In this document: positions 13,501 through 26,905 of the stretch, piece by piece | Layout: each line of letters starts with the position of its first letter | How positions within the stretch are numbered: the first letter of the stretch is position 1 | Source: Lingula anatina | Lineage: Eukaryota > Animalia > Brachiopoda | Direction: 5' to 3' | Length of the DNA stretch: 64,000 nucleotides | NCBI GenBank assembly: GCA_051362555.1 | Contig: CM120645.1 | Span: forward strand, 7,440,001-7,504,000 | Translations under genes and position numbers: made by a program | Notes under the pieces: generated by a model | The model's database searches: none | What the model saw: the letters and a program-made list of their open reading frames with translations, nothing else | What the model was told of the DNA's origin: nothing

Positions 13501-13831
13501 TCTATTTTTTTATATCGTCCTTGCATCATTTGTAAATCTTATGAATATTTGTACCCTTCCCTCCCTTAATCAAAATCCCGAAATCCGCCTTTGCTAGTGT
13601 CAAAAGACATTAAGAAAAATACCATGAGAAAAAATTAATAATATTGAAATAATTATATGAAATTTAAAGTAGAAAAACAAACACCAGTAAAACAAAATGG
13701 GTCACTGATATACGTAAGCAGCAATGACATTCAACTTTTTGTACGATTTCTGTTCAATTCCAGGACTGAGCTACCAAGAGTTAGATGATAGAGTGGAAAG
13801 TGACCCTAGTGTTGTGACATGCTGGAAGTGA
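4582..13831 (+). CDS. NPRL2: GATOR1 complex protein NPRL2, 11 coding exons, 384 aa
   Basis: Exons 4582-4659, 5379-5470, 5700-5868, 6425-6533, 7271-7407, 8498-8595, 10345-10381, 11335-11428, 12500-12617, 13137-13291, 13764-13831 splice in frame: [24 protein letters not shown]...[11 protein letters not shown]...[18 protein letters not shown]...IFQYSNVY...IDERKLIQFG...LIRRLHKYP...VVTCWK*. Confidence 0.96.
4992..5173. mobile_element. MITE, 182 bp, 14-bp perfect TIR CTGGGGTAGCGCTA
   Basis: CTGGGGTAGCGCTA at 4992 and TAGCGCTACCCCAG ending 5173; TGATG on both flanks (candidate TSD); internal repeated TAGCCAA/TTGGCTA motifs. Confidence 0.75.
6693..6897. mobile_element. MITE family B (PIF/Harbinger-like), left-truncated copy
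   Basis: Shares GGGACTCT.GCTGAATG.AATCAGA / GAAAAGCTGGTGATTATACGAGTA / TCTGA.TGCATTCA with copies near 8660, 8956 and 40050; ends GGGAATAAGCCC followed by TTA. Confidence 0.65.
8660..8830. mobile_element. MITE family B, partial copy
   Basis: TGAATGCAATCAGATT...GAAAAGCTGGTGATTATACGAGTA...CTGATTGCATTCAGC matches the 6693-6897 copy; boundaries approximate. Confidence 0.6.
8956..9188. mobile_element. MITE family B, copy with both long imperfect TIRs
   Basis: TTA|GGGCCCATTCCCAATGAAAC...GCAGGGACT..GCTGAATGCAATCAGAT mirrored by ATCTGATTGCATTCAGCTAAAGTCCCTGC...GAATAGACCC. GGG termini and TTA flank suggest PIF/Harbinger (inference). Confidence 0.7.
13340..13593. mobile_element. hAT-like MITE (CAG.GG.GGATCC termini), degenerate
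   Basis: CAGTGGTGGATCC...G-run...C-rich...AAATCCGCCTTTG; same end motif as CAGGGGCGGATCC near 14833 and at 33176. No clean TSD. Confidence 0.5.
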
Positions 13832-14394
13832 CGCTGAACATCAGACAAAGTTTGAGTGAAGTGAACAGGTTCAATTAGCTGACTGTGTGTATGAATTAAG
13901 ACAAGCTCAGAATGGTTTGATATATGTCATAGAGTGCCTAAGCTATGACAGGATTCATAATGTCCTTTCTGCAGTGGCCTTGGGAATCAGCAACAGTTAA
14001 ATGTGCCAAATAACAATCAAAAATGAGTACAACAGAGTTTCTCTGCTTAATTTGAACTTCCTAATGTTCCTTAAAAGATTATAAGTCATCATCCAGATGA
14101 CTTTGAATAATCTCAAACTGGAGAATGAAAAGAAAAGAGAAAGAGACAGAGAAGCCTGTTACAGAAATGCCTGTTTTAGCACACATGCCAATAAGTATAG
14201 ATAAGAGTTGAGCTATTTTGGCAAATAATAACATTTACACACAGCCATGAAAAAAAGAGAATGTTGATTGCAAGGAGGCCGGGTGCTACTCTGCCCTGAG
14301 ATATTATATATGTCTTTTTATTAAAACTGACTTTTGTGAATTGGGACATTATGTCCCATGTGTATTCAGAATGAAAAGAAGTCAGAAATAGTTG

Positions 14395-14396
14395 AA

Positions 14397-14435
<39 letters not shown>
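14395..14435. repeat. (TAAA)n microsatellite
   Basis: Direct reading. Confidence 0.9.
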
Positions 14436-17400
14436 ATTTATGAGTTGAGTGTCTTGTATCAAAAAAAATATCTGCATGTGGTACATGTGACTCAAAATTT
14501 TGAAGATCAGCCTGAAAAGTATGTTGCATTAGTGGCATGTGGTTTCTTACCTACATATAATGGGAGTTGAATTTCTCACGTTCAGGCGACTGAGTTTCTT
14601 CAACTGAAATTTTTGGCATGTTATTTGTGAAATGCACCTAGCTACATAGTGCCAGTTAATTCTTTTTGACTGTAATTATCTTTGAACGGACTATTTTAGT
14701 TTGGATCACTATAAATAGTACTCGGAAGGGCAATTACCCCGCCAGAGCTCTGCGTGTAAAGACCATCAGCATCAGGGGTTTTGCAGTCTTCGTAGACGTC
14801 TTTGAGAAAAAAATCTATGTTATGATTTAATTACAGGGGCGGATCCCGGGATATTTTCTGACAGTTTTCCAAATTATCTTTGTGGATCCATCCCCCATTT
14901 TTGACCGTCTTCCGACAGAAAAAATAAGATGCCCGTCAATATAAACTTGAAAAATTCTGACTGTCTTGAGGAAGATCCAGAAGACGGCTTCAATCCAACC
15001 CCAAAATTAGCTTGATTGGATATGAGAAAAATTCCAATGGAGACGCTGTTTTTTGTATTTTGAGATTTGCTTTCCGCGTCTCAGATACAATGTGAGCCGC
15101 CCTCATAACTTACAGGTAACATATCATAACATAACATCAGACTGTTGTACGCAGAGTAAATTGAATCCTGCGATATTTCTAGACATCATATTTTGAGACT
15201 CTTGTTTCGATTGATATTCAGTATTTGATGCATTTTTACAGAGCGAACAGTTTATTTCGTGCGTGTAGGTGCCGCATTAACGTAGATTATACAGATATTC
15301 AAACCTAAGAAATTTTAAAACAAAATTCCGTTTAACTTTTCTGCAAACTTCTCTCTCGGAAACAGTGCATTGACAATTTTGTAAATGAGCGCCCCTTGTG
15401 GTTTTTAAAGCTCCATTACACATTGAATGGGCTTTTAAGATCAGTAAAAGGCGTATACGTGCTGTATGGCGGTGGCGTTCTATGTGTGTATTTCCATAGG
15501 GTGTGGCAGTTATTGTTGGTCAATGGACACTGTGAGAAACGAAGCAGACGCGCAGGCAGGTGTGTTTGATTTCTCAAAAAGATACAAATTGAATTAAAAA
15601 AAAAAAACATACAGCATTTATGTTTGTAAGACGTGTCTTTTATAAGAATATTGCTCTATCGATTTTAAAACCAGCATCAAATTTGAACCAAAATGAACAA
15701 ATTGAATGTATGCTTGGTGTGATCAATTTTGTTGTGGTCTAACTTGATTCCAGTTAGGTTTTTATTCGATGTGACACAGGTTATTTAATTTGGTGTAGGT
15801 CTTACTACAATGATTAGGTTACATATTCAACCCCAGCAGGTGTTTTCCTTGCCCTTGTAGCTTTCCCGGAAGATCTAGTTTGGGCTGCGATCGTCGATGA
15901 TTTACGTTTCTTTTCAAAAATAATAAAGTTAAATGGTGAACTGCTCAAACTAGGATACTGAAGTTGTTTCAAGAAACATTATCGAGAATAGTGAACTAAG
16001 GCAAATGAAACAACTCTAACGTGAAACAGAACTCTTTTTTCTTCAACCTATGTCGGACGTATACCTTTATTACCTTGGTCCGTATTTGCTTTTATATCAC
16101 TCTAACGTTATACACTATTATTGTAAGTTTGTGGTAGATTATTGCTTAGCAGCTAAAGTAAAGAAGCCAATGCTTGCAATAAACGTTGAATTTCAATGTC
16201 CATAAGGTGTGCAACTTTTTCTTTCTGTTCGAAGGTAGAAACCCTTTTCACCAAGCGCGCAATTACAGAAAAAATGTTTCACTCTTGCCCATGCCAAACA
16301 AAAATTGTACTCAGGTAACGAAAAATATTTCTAATTATCTATTTTATCGCCAAGTTAGACCAGTGACCTCGTCAGGTAGGCTTAATTAACCATCCGATGC
16401 AGAATTCCGTGGATAAATTAAAATGTCACGTCTAGATCAAATTACTCTGCTAGGCAGCTTACAGAAAAGACTCGCCATTTTCAGTTTATAAACTTTGCAA
16501 ACTGGGCCGTGTACTCGTCGACATTTCGGGGAGAATTTTTGAGACAAGCACCCGTTCACTCGACTAGGTTCCGTTCCGAAACACACACGCTCCGCTGCGA
16601 TAACTCGCCGAAAGCAATATCTATTGCAGTTCATGATCTAAACACGCCAGAAGTCTGTCAATCCATATTTTTTACCCCGAACATTTTGTCAAGTTTCTTG
16701 AATAAACAGCTATATATTTCAAGTCTTTCCTGACAAATGTTTTGGGTGGCTAGTATGTAGTCAATTTTTTCATAAACTGATACAATTGGCATTTTTTGTA
16801 GATTTTGGGTAATCTATTCCAGCATAGCGATTTGATTAAAGAAAATTTTCAGGCCTAGTCCGCATATCAGATTACCCTGATATGTTTTAATGTATTGGGT
16901 ATTGCTTATGGGTATTACTGGACGATTTTTTTATCTTCTTCTGTTACTCGATGACGTAGAGTTGATTTACATGTTCATGTAGGAAAACATTACCATTTTA
17001 TTTCCGGTAGAATGGCTCTCCTAAAGAATCAAATTGACATTTTACAGTATAATTAGATTCTGTTCTGCGAGAGACATGCCAGAAAGTCTATATGAAAATC
17101 TTTCAACTACTGCTCTTTATGGTGGTGGTGGTGGTGGTGGTGGGGGGGGGGGGGGGGGGGGTAAGATGATAGCAAAAGAAAATAGGGCCGGGAGTATGAA
17201 AGATGAGCACTTAAAATAACCTAGAGATTCCACGTGGTTTTAAGCTAACTAAGGATGAGTGCTGAGAAAGAACACAGAATGTTTTGTAATTATCGACAAA
17301 CTTCTGAATCAATATCAAATATCGAAATGTTTTGGGGTAGTTTTGAGAGAAATCAACGAAAGAAAATATGCATTAAAAATGAATAGAAGGGAGGAAAATA

Positions 17401-19609
17401 AAAAGGTGGCATGTAATGTAATGTGTTTTTGCCATCTTCAATAAAAAAACTAAGGCGTTCCAATAGAGCAGCCAGAATACCCTGATATTTAAAGCTCAGT
17501 TTTCCTGGATAACGCTCCCTCTATGTCTCTCTTCCGGAGATGTAAAAAGCGGTAACTATCCGCGGTCAAATATAAGCTAATCAATGGATGAACATCTCTG
17601 AAATGTCTGAGTAGATGAAATGTTATCGGCGTGATCTCCAGGAAAGCGTGGTGCCTCTCAGACTATACAGAAACGCCGAGTAGCACTTTAACTCACGTAG
17701 AGAGTTTGAAGGGTTGTTAAGTATTTTAACCCTCTAGCTGCTAACTGTGTTAAATCATGTAGCTGGCGCTTCTATAGGACTTTTATCTGGCTCTAATTCA
17801 ACTTTTGATTCATGTATTTGGAGAATGATTCATGAGATTTTTTGTTGTATGAAATCTTTTTATTCAATTAATTTAATGTGCCAAAGGCATTGTAGATGTT
17901 TTAAGTAATGAAGCGATTACTTTGGATCTCTCGATACATTGTATGACTGAATATATATAATATATATATATATGACTGAGTATATTTTCATTAATAGATG
18001 ATACTGGGCCATTTGTGCTCTGAAATATATCCTGCGCCAATTTTTGATTTTATATAAAGATTACAGATCAAGATCTAGAATTGTTGCGTGGTAAAAGTTG
18101 TTCTTTAAAATTTCAAAACCGGCTAATACAACGCACATTTTTAATCAGTGCGTTCGTTTTGTAGAAAATGAGAATGATTAAAGCTCCCTCTGGTAAATGA
18201 TGGAAATGAATACGACTACATAATATTTTCATATTTCAGTATTTTTTACGGAAAAAAGGGCGGAGGTACGTATTAAAAAGATAGAAAATGACGGTTGTTA
18301 TTTGTGTGTTACACGTTACATATGGGGTTGTTGTCGGTTTTCATAACCAACAAATCGCACCAATAACAGTACGGGCAAATGAAGGTATAGGGACCGGACG
18401 AATATTTTGTTTTTGCATATCCTTTTCGTATTATTTACCCTTGTTACATGTTCGAAATCGCGTAAAGTCAATACTGCGTTGTGGTTAGAATTAGCGCATG
18501 TCCGCCAAAATACCCAAACTTTTGAAACAACTCATCCATTTTAGGCCTATACTCCAGTCGGTGAAACAATTTGGTTTTTCTTAACGTCGACCTAAGTCTT
18601 ATACAGGATGCTCTACCTGACCACAAGGTATTTCCTGCAATCAGCGATACGGCACAGGTGCTTCAATGTAGCTAGATATATGACGCTTAAGAATACAACA
18701 TGATTGTATAGTTTGTAAAGTGCCGCGAAACTCGTTGGAAGTGGGTGGAGTACACGCTGATATTTTATCGTTTCATATTTTATTAACAGAGGTCAGAAAC
18801 CGGTCAGATTGACGGACGAGATCTTCATACTTATCTATCTAATGTCATCTCTGCTATGCAGATCCTACTGGTCAATTTCCTCAATTTACTCTTTAATTAT
18901 TCCAACTTCTTGATTATTCTATATAACAGCGGACCACCCTCGGAAAGTGCTTCAAAGATCTCAGTTGTTCAGCAACCTTCGCTATATACCCAAATGTTAG
19001 GTTATCTTCTCTATGAACTTTGCAATTTATATCTTGTAGGCAATAACTTAGGAAATCTTCTGAATATAAAGAGAGATCTTAAAACGGTTTGAAATACACG
19101 GGGAATCGAATCTAGTTATACTGTATCAGTCTGCCCTAGTATAAAACAGAGAAGCCAGCATCGAGAAAAATGGCTGGCGCCTTTGTTTCCTTTTTATTAC
19201 CTACATAAACATTTACCATTAATCTACAATCCTGTGAATCGGACGAGCTAGTTTTGGTGTTCCTATTTTGTACTGTTCCTACGACTTTGTGCTGGAGGAG
19301 TTGATAATCATTGAATCTAGTTATCATATTGAATATTATTGTCGAAAACAATGTCGAAGGGCAAAAAAATAGACCAAGATAACAGTGTCTAAAATTACGA
19401 TGATTAAATCACTAGTCTAGACACGCTAAACCCTTAATGAATGGGGATATAATGAATGATATAATAAAACTATTTCTAGAGCAACTTTGTATATACTTTA
19501 TGTGTATCCAACAGAGAGCATTTGTAAAGACGTTATTCTTACGCTCATCACACTATGCACAGTTTGATGTTGTTAGGCATTTTCTAGTACATATTACTTA
19601 AGTATATAT

Positions 19610-19642
<33 letters not shown>

Positions 19643-19705
19643 GACCCTCATCGAGTTCACGGAATTGCAACATAACAACAAAGCCCCAAAATGATTGTAT
19701 TTGGG

Positions 19706-19841
19706 TACCCTCTACCAGGGCCACAGATTGAATTTTCACTAGATAATAACAGATATGTTTCTGGTTAAATAGATGGCTAATCTCTGTAATGTTCCTCAGC
19801 AAAAAAGTCCACGATAATAACTGCGTCCCTTGTAGAGGGTA
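19706..19841. mobile_element. MITE family A (about 135 bp, TA-flanked CCCTCTAC TIR)
   Basis: TACCCTCTACCAGGG...CCCTTGTAGAGGGTA; first 26 bp identical to the copy at 22181. Confidence 0.8.
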
Positions 19842-19986
19842 GTATTCGGGTGGGCGCCAACAAGAAGCATTCTGAAACAGTTTCGCGCGCCAAGTTTCGA
19901 TGTTCACCGCCCCGTGTTTCAGAGTCTCACAAAAGCTCGCCTCTCTTCTTACAGCCGTCACTGCAAATTGAAGAAGTATTTACCTA

Positions 19987-20130
19987 TAGACCTTTTTCAT
20001 CTTTTGCGGAAATACGAAGTGCGCATGACAGGAACCGCGCGCCACAGGGGTCATAGTGGTCCTCTGCTGTTTCCAGCATGGCAATGCTAGGTGTAGATGA
20101 TGTACAAGGTGCGCATATAAAAAGGTCGTA
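19987..20130. mobile_element. Possible MITE with TAGACCTTTTT termini
   Basis: TAGACCTTTTT at 19987 and AAAAAGGTCGTA ending 20130 (one-base insertion); single copy in the window. Confidence 0.35.
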
Positions 20131-22180
20131 TGAAGCGTGCATTGCTTTCTGTCAAACTAAAAAGGTGGCTGAAGCACAGAAATGCGTAAACTGTAGGCAA
20201 GAAACAGCTATTTGGACGGAGAATCAAGCAATTAAATATTTGCTTTCTTAGTTTAAATACGATGCGCTTTACAACTAGACTTCACCTAAGCGTCCGAGCC
20301 TTGGCTGTACTTTCAATAGTGATGACGAACTAAAGCTTCGGAGTTCTTTTAAATGATTCCGATAATAAAGATATGCGAAAGAAACTCGTTATTTTTATAT
20401 ATAAAATCAAAAAAGCCAGTAGACTCGTACACAGCTTTCAAGAGTGTGGACAGGTGCGCAGGCCTACGTCTTCACAATTTTGTACATGTATATATGCAAG
20501 CTGTGGCGATATCACCTCATGTACCGGCAGTGTCAATTCATTACGATTTTTATGTCTTGTTTGAAGGATATCTTAAGAGATTTTTAAAGTGATAAAATGA
20601 AAAGATTTTCTGCATTGTTTGACTCGTAGCTACTGTGTATACAGGTAAAACTGACATGCAGATCGTTCGTCGGTGAACTGATTAAATCGTTTGGTACCTG
20701 ATAAGGCATCAGGTGTTACTTGTTCAATTGTTCGGTAAGGCGGGCGGCCACAACTACGACCTTTCCTCTGTAATTAAATCTTTTTAAGTGTTAAATAGGT
20801 GAGACAGGAATTCTCGCCTCTTTCCCAGACGATAATTAAAGTTTACCGTGTCTTACTCTAGTAGGCCTATATGTACAAAATTTACGACAGGTAAAAAATG
20901 CCAGCCTTTCGGTCTGACAAGTATGAACATTTTGTCAAACTGAAACAAAAACAAAATTGTAGCAAGAGGCCAAATTATTTGATTTTTAAATGTTTTCATG
21001 CGTATTTTCATCGTTTTCAATCACAGACAATTAAATCATTCAAATAAAGTGTTTCCCACACATTTTATACTTTTCAACTATCTAAGACAGTTAAATATAC
21101 GTAGGCCTACTTTAATACTAAGCATATTTGTATTACTTTACAAATACGTTGTTGGATTACGTCTATTATCCATTTTGACTTTACCATACATGTATTATGT
21201 ACGTGTAGCTTACAGAAAGGCTTTTCTGCATTTTTTGTATTTTCCAATTCTCTTGTCATTGAGTTCAGAAATAAATAACTTTTTATTTCGCCGATAACGC
21301 GCTCAACAAGAGCCGATGTACTTTCTTCTTCGTATGTCTCTGTTGATCTTGATAATATGAGCCCCGTTTGTACAAATCAGTAATACGTATACCGGACTGA
21401 ATACATAATAATAAAAATTTTATTAACGTCTCACGTTAAAAAAAATAGAACCCACCCTGCTAAGGGTTATTAGAGATTAAAACCTGTGATGGGCCTACAA
21501 TATTTAAAATGATCACTTATCAATAAAACACACACAAAAAGGATATTACATACAAAGCTTTTCAAACCTTCTCTTTGTTGTTACACAAAAAGGCGTGAAA
21601 GTTCTTGAATTTTTTGTAAGTAGAATCCCCGTGTAAAACTTCACAGCTTTTACTTTCTTTTTCCATAATTTCATGCTTGAAGTCTTTTCTTAATTTTTAG
21701 GCCCCGGCCTATTCTTCATTTTTTTCTTCAAATCTTTATAATGTTTTTTTTTTTCTCGCATTTTTTACCCCCGAGTTCTATTTGCCGATAGTTCGTTATA
21801 TCCGTTGTTTAACTAAGCATTTCTGTTTTTTATTAAAGCACCGTTGATCTCCCAATATTATAGTTTTTCTTCCCGCCTTCGAAATGTTCAGCGCAAACGC
21901 GGTGCCCTGCTTTTGATCCAAACCTGCCATATTTTCCTTTCTTTCTACCATATTTTTCATTCTAACGGGTTTGTTGGGAACTTATTAAAACTCATGTGTC
22001 GATCTCGCTTACTGTTATTGTAGTAGCGGGACAAAAAGCACGTAAACCCAGCCATGGTTTTTAGCACCGCTGTAAGTGTTTCGACGTAGCAGGGCTCCCC
22101 TATCCACAATGCAATTTCAATTTCCGGAAAAGATGAAAAAGGCTAATTGGCAGTGGGGAGGTGATACTCGGAGTAACTCC

Positions 22181-22312
22181 TACCCTCTACCAGGGCCACA
22201 GATTGATTTTTCACCAGATATTCACAGATAATATCGCTGGTTAAATATGGTCAATCTTTCAACTGGCTGGTGGAAAATGTACCTATGATATGTGCCGCCC
22301 TGGTAGAGGGTA
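22181..22312. mobile_element. MITE family A
   Basis: TACCCTCTACCAGGGC...GCCCTGGTAGAGGGTA, 16-bp perfect inverted repeat including the flanking TA. Confidence 0.85.
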
Positions 22313-22694
22313 GGTAACTGCCATCGGGTGTGTATCTGAAGGTTCACCGACATTTTCCTTGAACTCCAAACTTTTTCACATACTACTTGTGTGATTCACG
22401 TTTCCACCAACAGTCCCGGCAACCGGTGTAATTGGCGGCGGCTTTTATCTCCCATTTTCATATTAACTACTTTATAAAGGTGATGTTATAGTTGGGCCGA
22501 TTCCCTGTGGGTGTTCTTCGGTGCGAACCAAACGAAACAGAACGTAACATTTTAGCAGCAGCTTTATTTTATCAGACTGGTCCATGTAAAATTGATATCG
22601 ATAAGCCTCACTTATAGTTAAGTAACGATTCCTTTGCAAAATGGCAAGGGTTACACGAATGAAGACAATAAAATTTATATTACCATCTGTGACC

Positions 22695-23130
22695 AATTGA
22701 GTGTGAGCAAAAGTATACACAACATGTAACTGCCAACTGGATACTTTGCGGGAAATCTACGAGATATAAAACCCATGCATGATGTTAGTCGTGTGTTTTA
22801 AAATGTATGTTATAAAACCGCCATTATTTACGGACGGAGCGTTAGCGAAAATGCTTTAACGGCACCCAGTTGCCATCTTAATATCTTGTGTAAAATATTA
22901 CATGGTAATAAACGCTCCCGTAGTATATTTGTGTATGTTCAAATGTATATAATAAAACTGCTTTTTGCTGCGAACTGAGTGTGAGCAATAACATCCAAAA
23001 GGCATTTCAACTGCCAGCCGAGCATCTTGCGTAAAATCTACAAGATATAAAACACATACGGATAATTATTTGTGCATGTTCAATGTACACAATAAAGCCT
23101 AAATATCCAAAAGGCACTAAATTGTCCGCT
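22695..23130. repeat. Degenerate tandem repeat, about 140-bp unit, 3+ copies
   Basis: GAGTGTGAGCAA...AACTGCCA...TTGCG..AAATCTAC.AGATATAAAAC...AATGTA...ATAAA recurs near 22700, 22840, 22975 and partially 23100. Confidence 0.7.
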
Positions 23131-24469
23131 CAGCCACCAACAGTCTTACGTTACTTTAAATGCTACAAGATATCAAACATACAACTGCAATCCTGCATCT
23201 TGCAGAAGCACTTTTTATCGCTGTAGAAGTAGGCAAATTACCTGGTACGTTGATTAAGTCACCGGTATCCAACTGAAAAGCTGGAAAACATTTGCAATGT
23301 TTTGGCACAGTGCGCACTGTTTTCAAATTGCACTGGTTTTAGGTAATAGCAAGTCGAAACTCTCAGTTATGTATTGAGCAAACAGCAAAAAAATATAGAT
23401 AATTTGATGTATTGTGTAATCATTCGGAAGATGGAAAAGGAGCTACTGTGACTTTTCTTGTACTTTTCTTCTGCCAAGAAAATCAAACATTTCCTTCGTT
23501 TTTTTTTTTCAGGTTAATAACTCTTCAATCTGACCAGTGGCCTGATGCACCTTGTGCTGGGATATTATTATTTACGCAACAACCATAAAAATGCTTGTAT
23601 TTGTAGTAAACTCGGCATATGCTTAATGCGTGTATAGTCGAACGCCTGGGTACGGTCCTGTTATCTTTAGTTAATACGTCCCTTTTCATTATATCTTAAA
23701 AAAAAAAAAAATAATAATAATAAATAACAATAAAACAGACTTACCGATATTTTACATGCATTTCGTCAAAACACAGGTAAATCTGTTAGAGTTCTTTCAA
23801 CGGTGAATTACACACCTAACTAGAAGATGAATCTGTCAAAACGTGGAAATACACAATCGCGTAGGATTCGTGCATGCACCTTTAGACAAATATCTGCAAG
23901 GCACCATGCCTCAGGGAAACAGCGGGAACGCGGGTGCATTCATTAAAGAACCATTGGAAAGTCCACATGCCCACCAAACGTACTAGTAAATGAAGCACCA
24001 ATTACTGTTCATGTACTTCATTTGTTAAAGTCGAAGTGTAGGCCTACAGCAAGACAAACTCCAGAAAGGCGTATAGACCTACATCTTTTCTCTCTCTCTC
24101 TCTCTCTCATTGTTTGAGTGATCATGCTGCATAGAAGAAGATAATGCTGAAGTAAAAAGTAAACAGGCATAAAAGGCATAAAGCTAGACAACAAGCTAAC
24201 TATCTGATGAGCTCATAACGAGAGACTGCAGCCATCAGTGACGTTAGTCCGGAATAACGCAAGTTCCTGTGCCCAAAATATCAGTATACACAAGCAAGTT
24301 AATTAATAATCGATCTTCATAGAGTCCTGAAAAGGGGGTAACTCGCTCTGTCTCTGCTAACAAAAAAGTTATATAAAATAACATTTGTTTTAGATTGTAC
24401 ATCCAAGAACTAATCCTTTAGACACGATTAAAAACCAAAATTTAGACTTTTTCGGATAATGATAATCGG

Positions 24470-24897
24470 AGAGAATTGGCGACTGGGAAAAAGAAACAGA
24501 ACATTTTATACCTAACAGCGAGTCATCATATTTTATTGGAATAGAAGCGGAAGCCGTTCTTGTATTTGCCGAATTGGATGATTCGATGACGTCACTCTGA
24601 GCATCGCCACAACTGAGCTGGACTCGCCTCTCCTCAGTAATGCAGTAGAAAGCTCTAGGGGGTACTGGTTAGTTGCTGTGAAAATATACGTAGATACATC
24701 AGGAAAACTGCGCTTTCATATTTACCTTGCGCACTAGATTAAGAAGCCACATTCCGCTCGGCTGGGATTTAGCTACACTGCGATCCAGACGAGACGAATC
24801 TTTAAAAAAGTTTTCTGTCAACATTTAGGGAAATTGTTGGAATTCTGTTTGGTAGTCTGAGAGAATTAAGGAAACGGAGGTGCAGAAATTTAGAAAG
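24470..24897 (+). promoter_or_regulatory. Candidate promoter and non-coding first exon of the EF-hand gene
   Basis: Palindromic CRE TGACGTCA at 24587-24594, several ATTGG (reverse CCAAT) boxes upstream, strong donor AAG|GTAAGG after 24897; the ATG-containing exon has an acceptor at 29532 and so needs an upstream exon. Confidence 0.4.
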
Positions 24898-26349
24898 GTA
24901 AGGTGCATCTAATCCGAGTGTAGATGTTCAGGTTTAGATACAACGGACATTGTTTAGACTAAGGCTTACTTTCATATCAACAGACGGGTTCCAACAGAGT
25001 TTGGCTGAGCGTTGCAATTTCGATTTTGGACGCTTTTATACTTCTGAATGTGAATCAAGGTATGTAGAATATCAAAGTTAGACCCTAAATAAGATACTCT
25101 CTCGCAAACTGTTATACAATGTTAAAACTTCAGATCTAACTTTGTAAATGAGAAGCATACTTTGGTAAATTCTACAGTATTATGGCAAATTGATAATGAG
25201 GTTCCGTTTAAATGAAAGATGAACACACACTCCAGGTAGTAGGGTAATGCGATTCATTACACCGGTGCCACTTTGTGTTGTCATATCTTGAGAGTACTCA
25301 AATCATGATATGTTGCGTTGTCAATTCTTCCTTATCTGTGTATCTATTAACCAAACTGCATATGGTATCAAAACGTTCGTGTACGATCATAACGAACTTT
25401 ATTAAAAAAAAAAAAAAAAAACAGAAATCAACAGAATCAGAAATAAGTTTTTATTGTAGAAATCAAAATTCAAATAACACACATGCAGTTTCTACACCAA
25501 ATGGTGTTTGCAAGTTTCAGAGTTACGTCTGTAATGATGTGGATGTTCCTGCCAACATAAACTTTATGTACGAGCTGCTTCAACCTCGCGTAGTGCAACC
25601 GAGAAAGTTGGTGTATTTGATGTTTGTAAGATTCTCCAAGTTTCGGTAAAACCAATTAAATGTGTAGAGGAAAAGGCCAGGTCCGAGATGGGTGAATTTC
25701 CGTGTTCTGCCAACTAAATCATGGGTTTAATTGCCATATAGTATATGATTTAAATATTGTAAGAAAGAAATGGGGCGGTAGAGTTTAGACTGTTAATTGC
25801 ATCAGGATTGACCATGTATTTTCAATGGTGGTTTCATGTTTATCTGTAAAACACATGTTCATATTGAGACGCTGACCACGTATATATTTTCTCCGTACAG
25901 ACTACCATTAGGCGCATTCACAATGAATTAAACTAACTCCTTGGGGTCTCTCGCTTCATGCAACCAGATAAACAGATTAACAGTGTACTCGTATAATTGT
26001 ACCGGCTTTGATGTATATATATATTCTACTCAACACCAGGAGGAGGCGTATTAATCAGTTTCCATTCAGCGATTGTCACCTCGAAGTTTGTTTGAACTAC
26101 CTATTACGATAGTTTCATTGTGAACGGACCCATAAAAGCGCTGATATTTTTGTGCCAAATATTTGGGCAGTGAAAAAGTGAAGCTACGACCCTTAAGAGC
26201 ACCGGGATTGAAAAACCAGAAGTTATATCGGCATTTCCGTCCCAAGATATATATGTTTACGTTTGGTGCGGACCACACATCTTCATGGTAATAGTTTTTT
26301 TTCTTCTCACAGTGATTTGGGTCAAGGTTTGCTTTTTACCTAGAAAAAC

Positions 26350-26905
26350 ATAAAGAGTTGAAGGTAGCTATGGTTTTTGATGATGACCAAATGTTTTCCA
26401 CAACATAATTATCCCCCACAGAAATCTCTGCCAAACTGATATTCCTGATAAGGCGCTGTCAGTATATATTCTATTTCTACTCTTACATGCCTATACACAA
26501 CAGGGGCGTATGCCCAATACATTTCTTACAGCAAAATCTTAAACTCAAATTACTTAAATACACTGTGGTTTTTGATGATGGCTTAAATGTTTTCACAAGC
26601 ATCCCCCGCAAATATCTCTTTGAATCTGATATTCCCCTTAAGGCGACGTCCGCTTATTCTGAGTACGTTTTGCCCACTCTCAGAAAGCCTACACAACACG
26701 GAGTGGTACCCAACACACACACCTTTAGAATTCTAGAACATTTCTGCCTGCAAAATTGTAAACTCAACAGCCATGTCGACCATGATTTAGGTGCTCCAGG
26801 TGAGAAGTAGAGGGCGAAGATAAGCAGTTGTCAATGGTGCCTTCAAAATTCTCACAAGTATCTCCGTGAGACAAATGTTCCCATTAAGGCGCTGACCGCA
26901 TTTGC
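26350..26905. repeat. Degenerate direct repeat, about 195-bp spacing, 2-3 copies
   Basis: TGGTTTTTGATGATG...AAATGTTTTC...ATCCCCC...CTGATATTCC...TAAGGCG near 26371 and 26566, partial third copy near 26850-26900. Confidence 0.65.

Noticed and set aside
16425-16650. Possible TIR element (TCTAGATCA...TGATCTAAA)
   Set aside because: Inverted match too short and no TSD or second copy.
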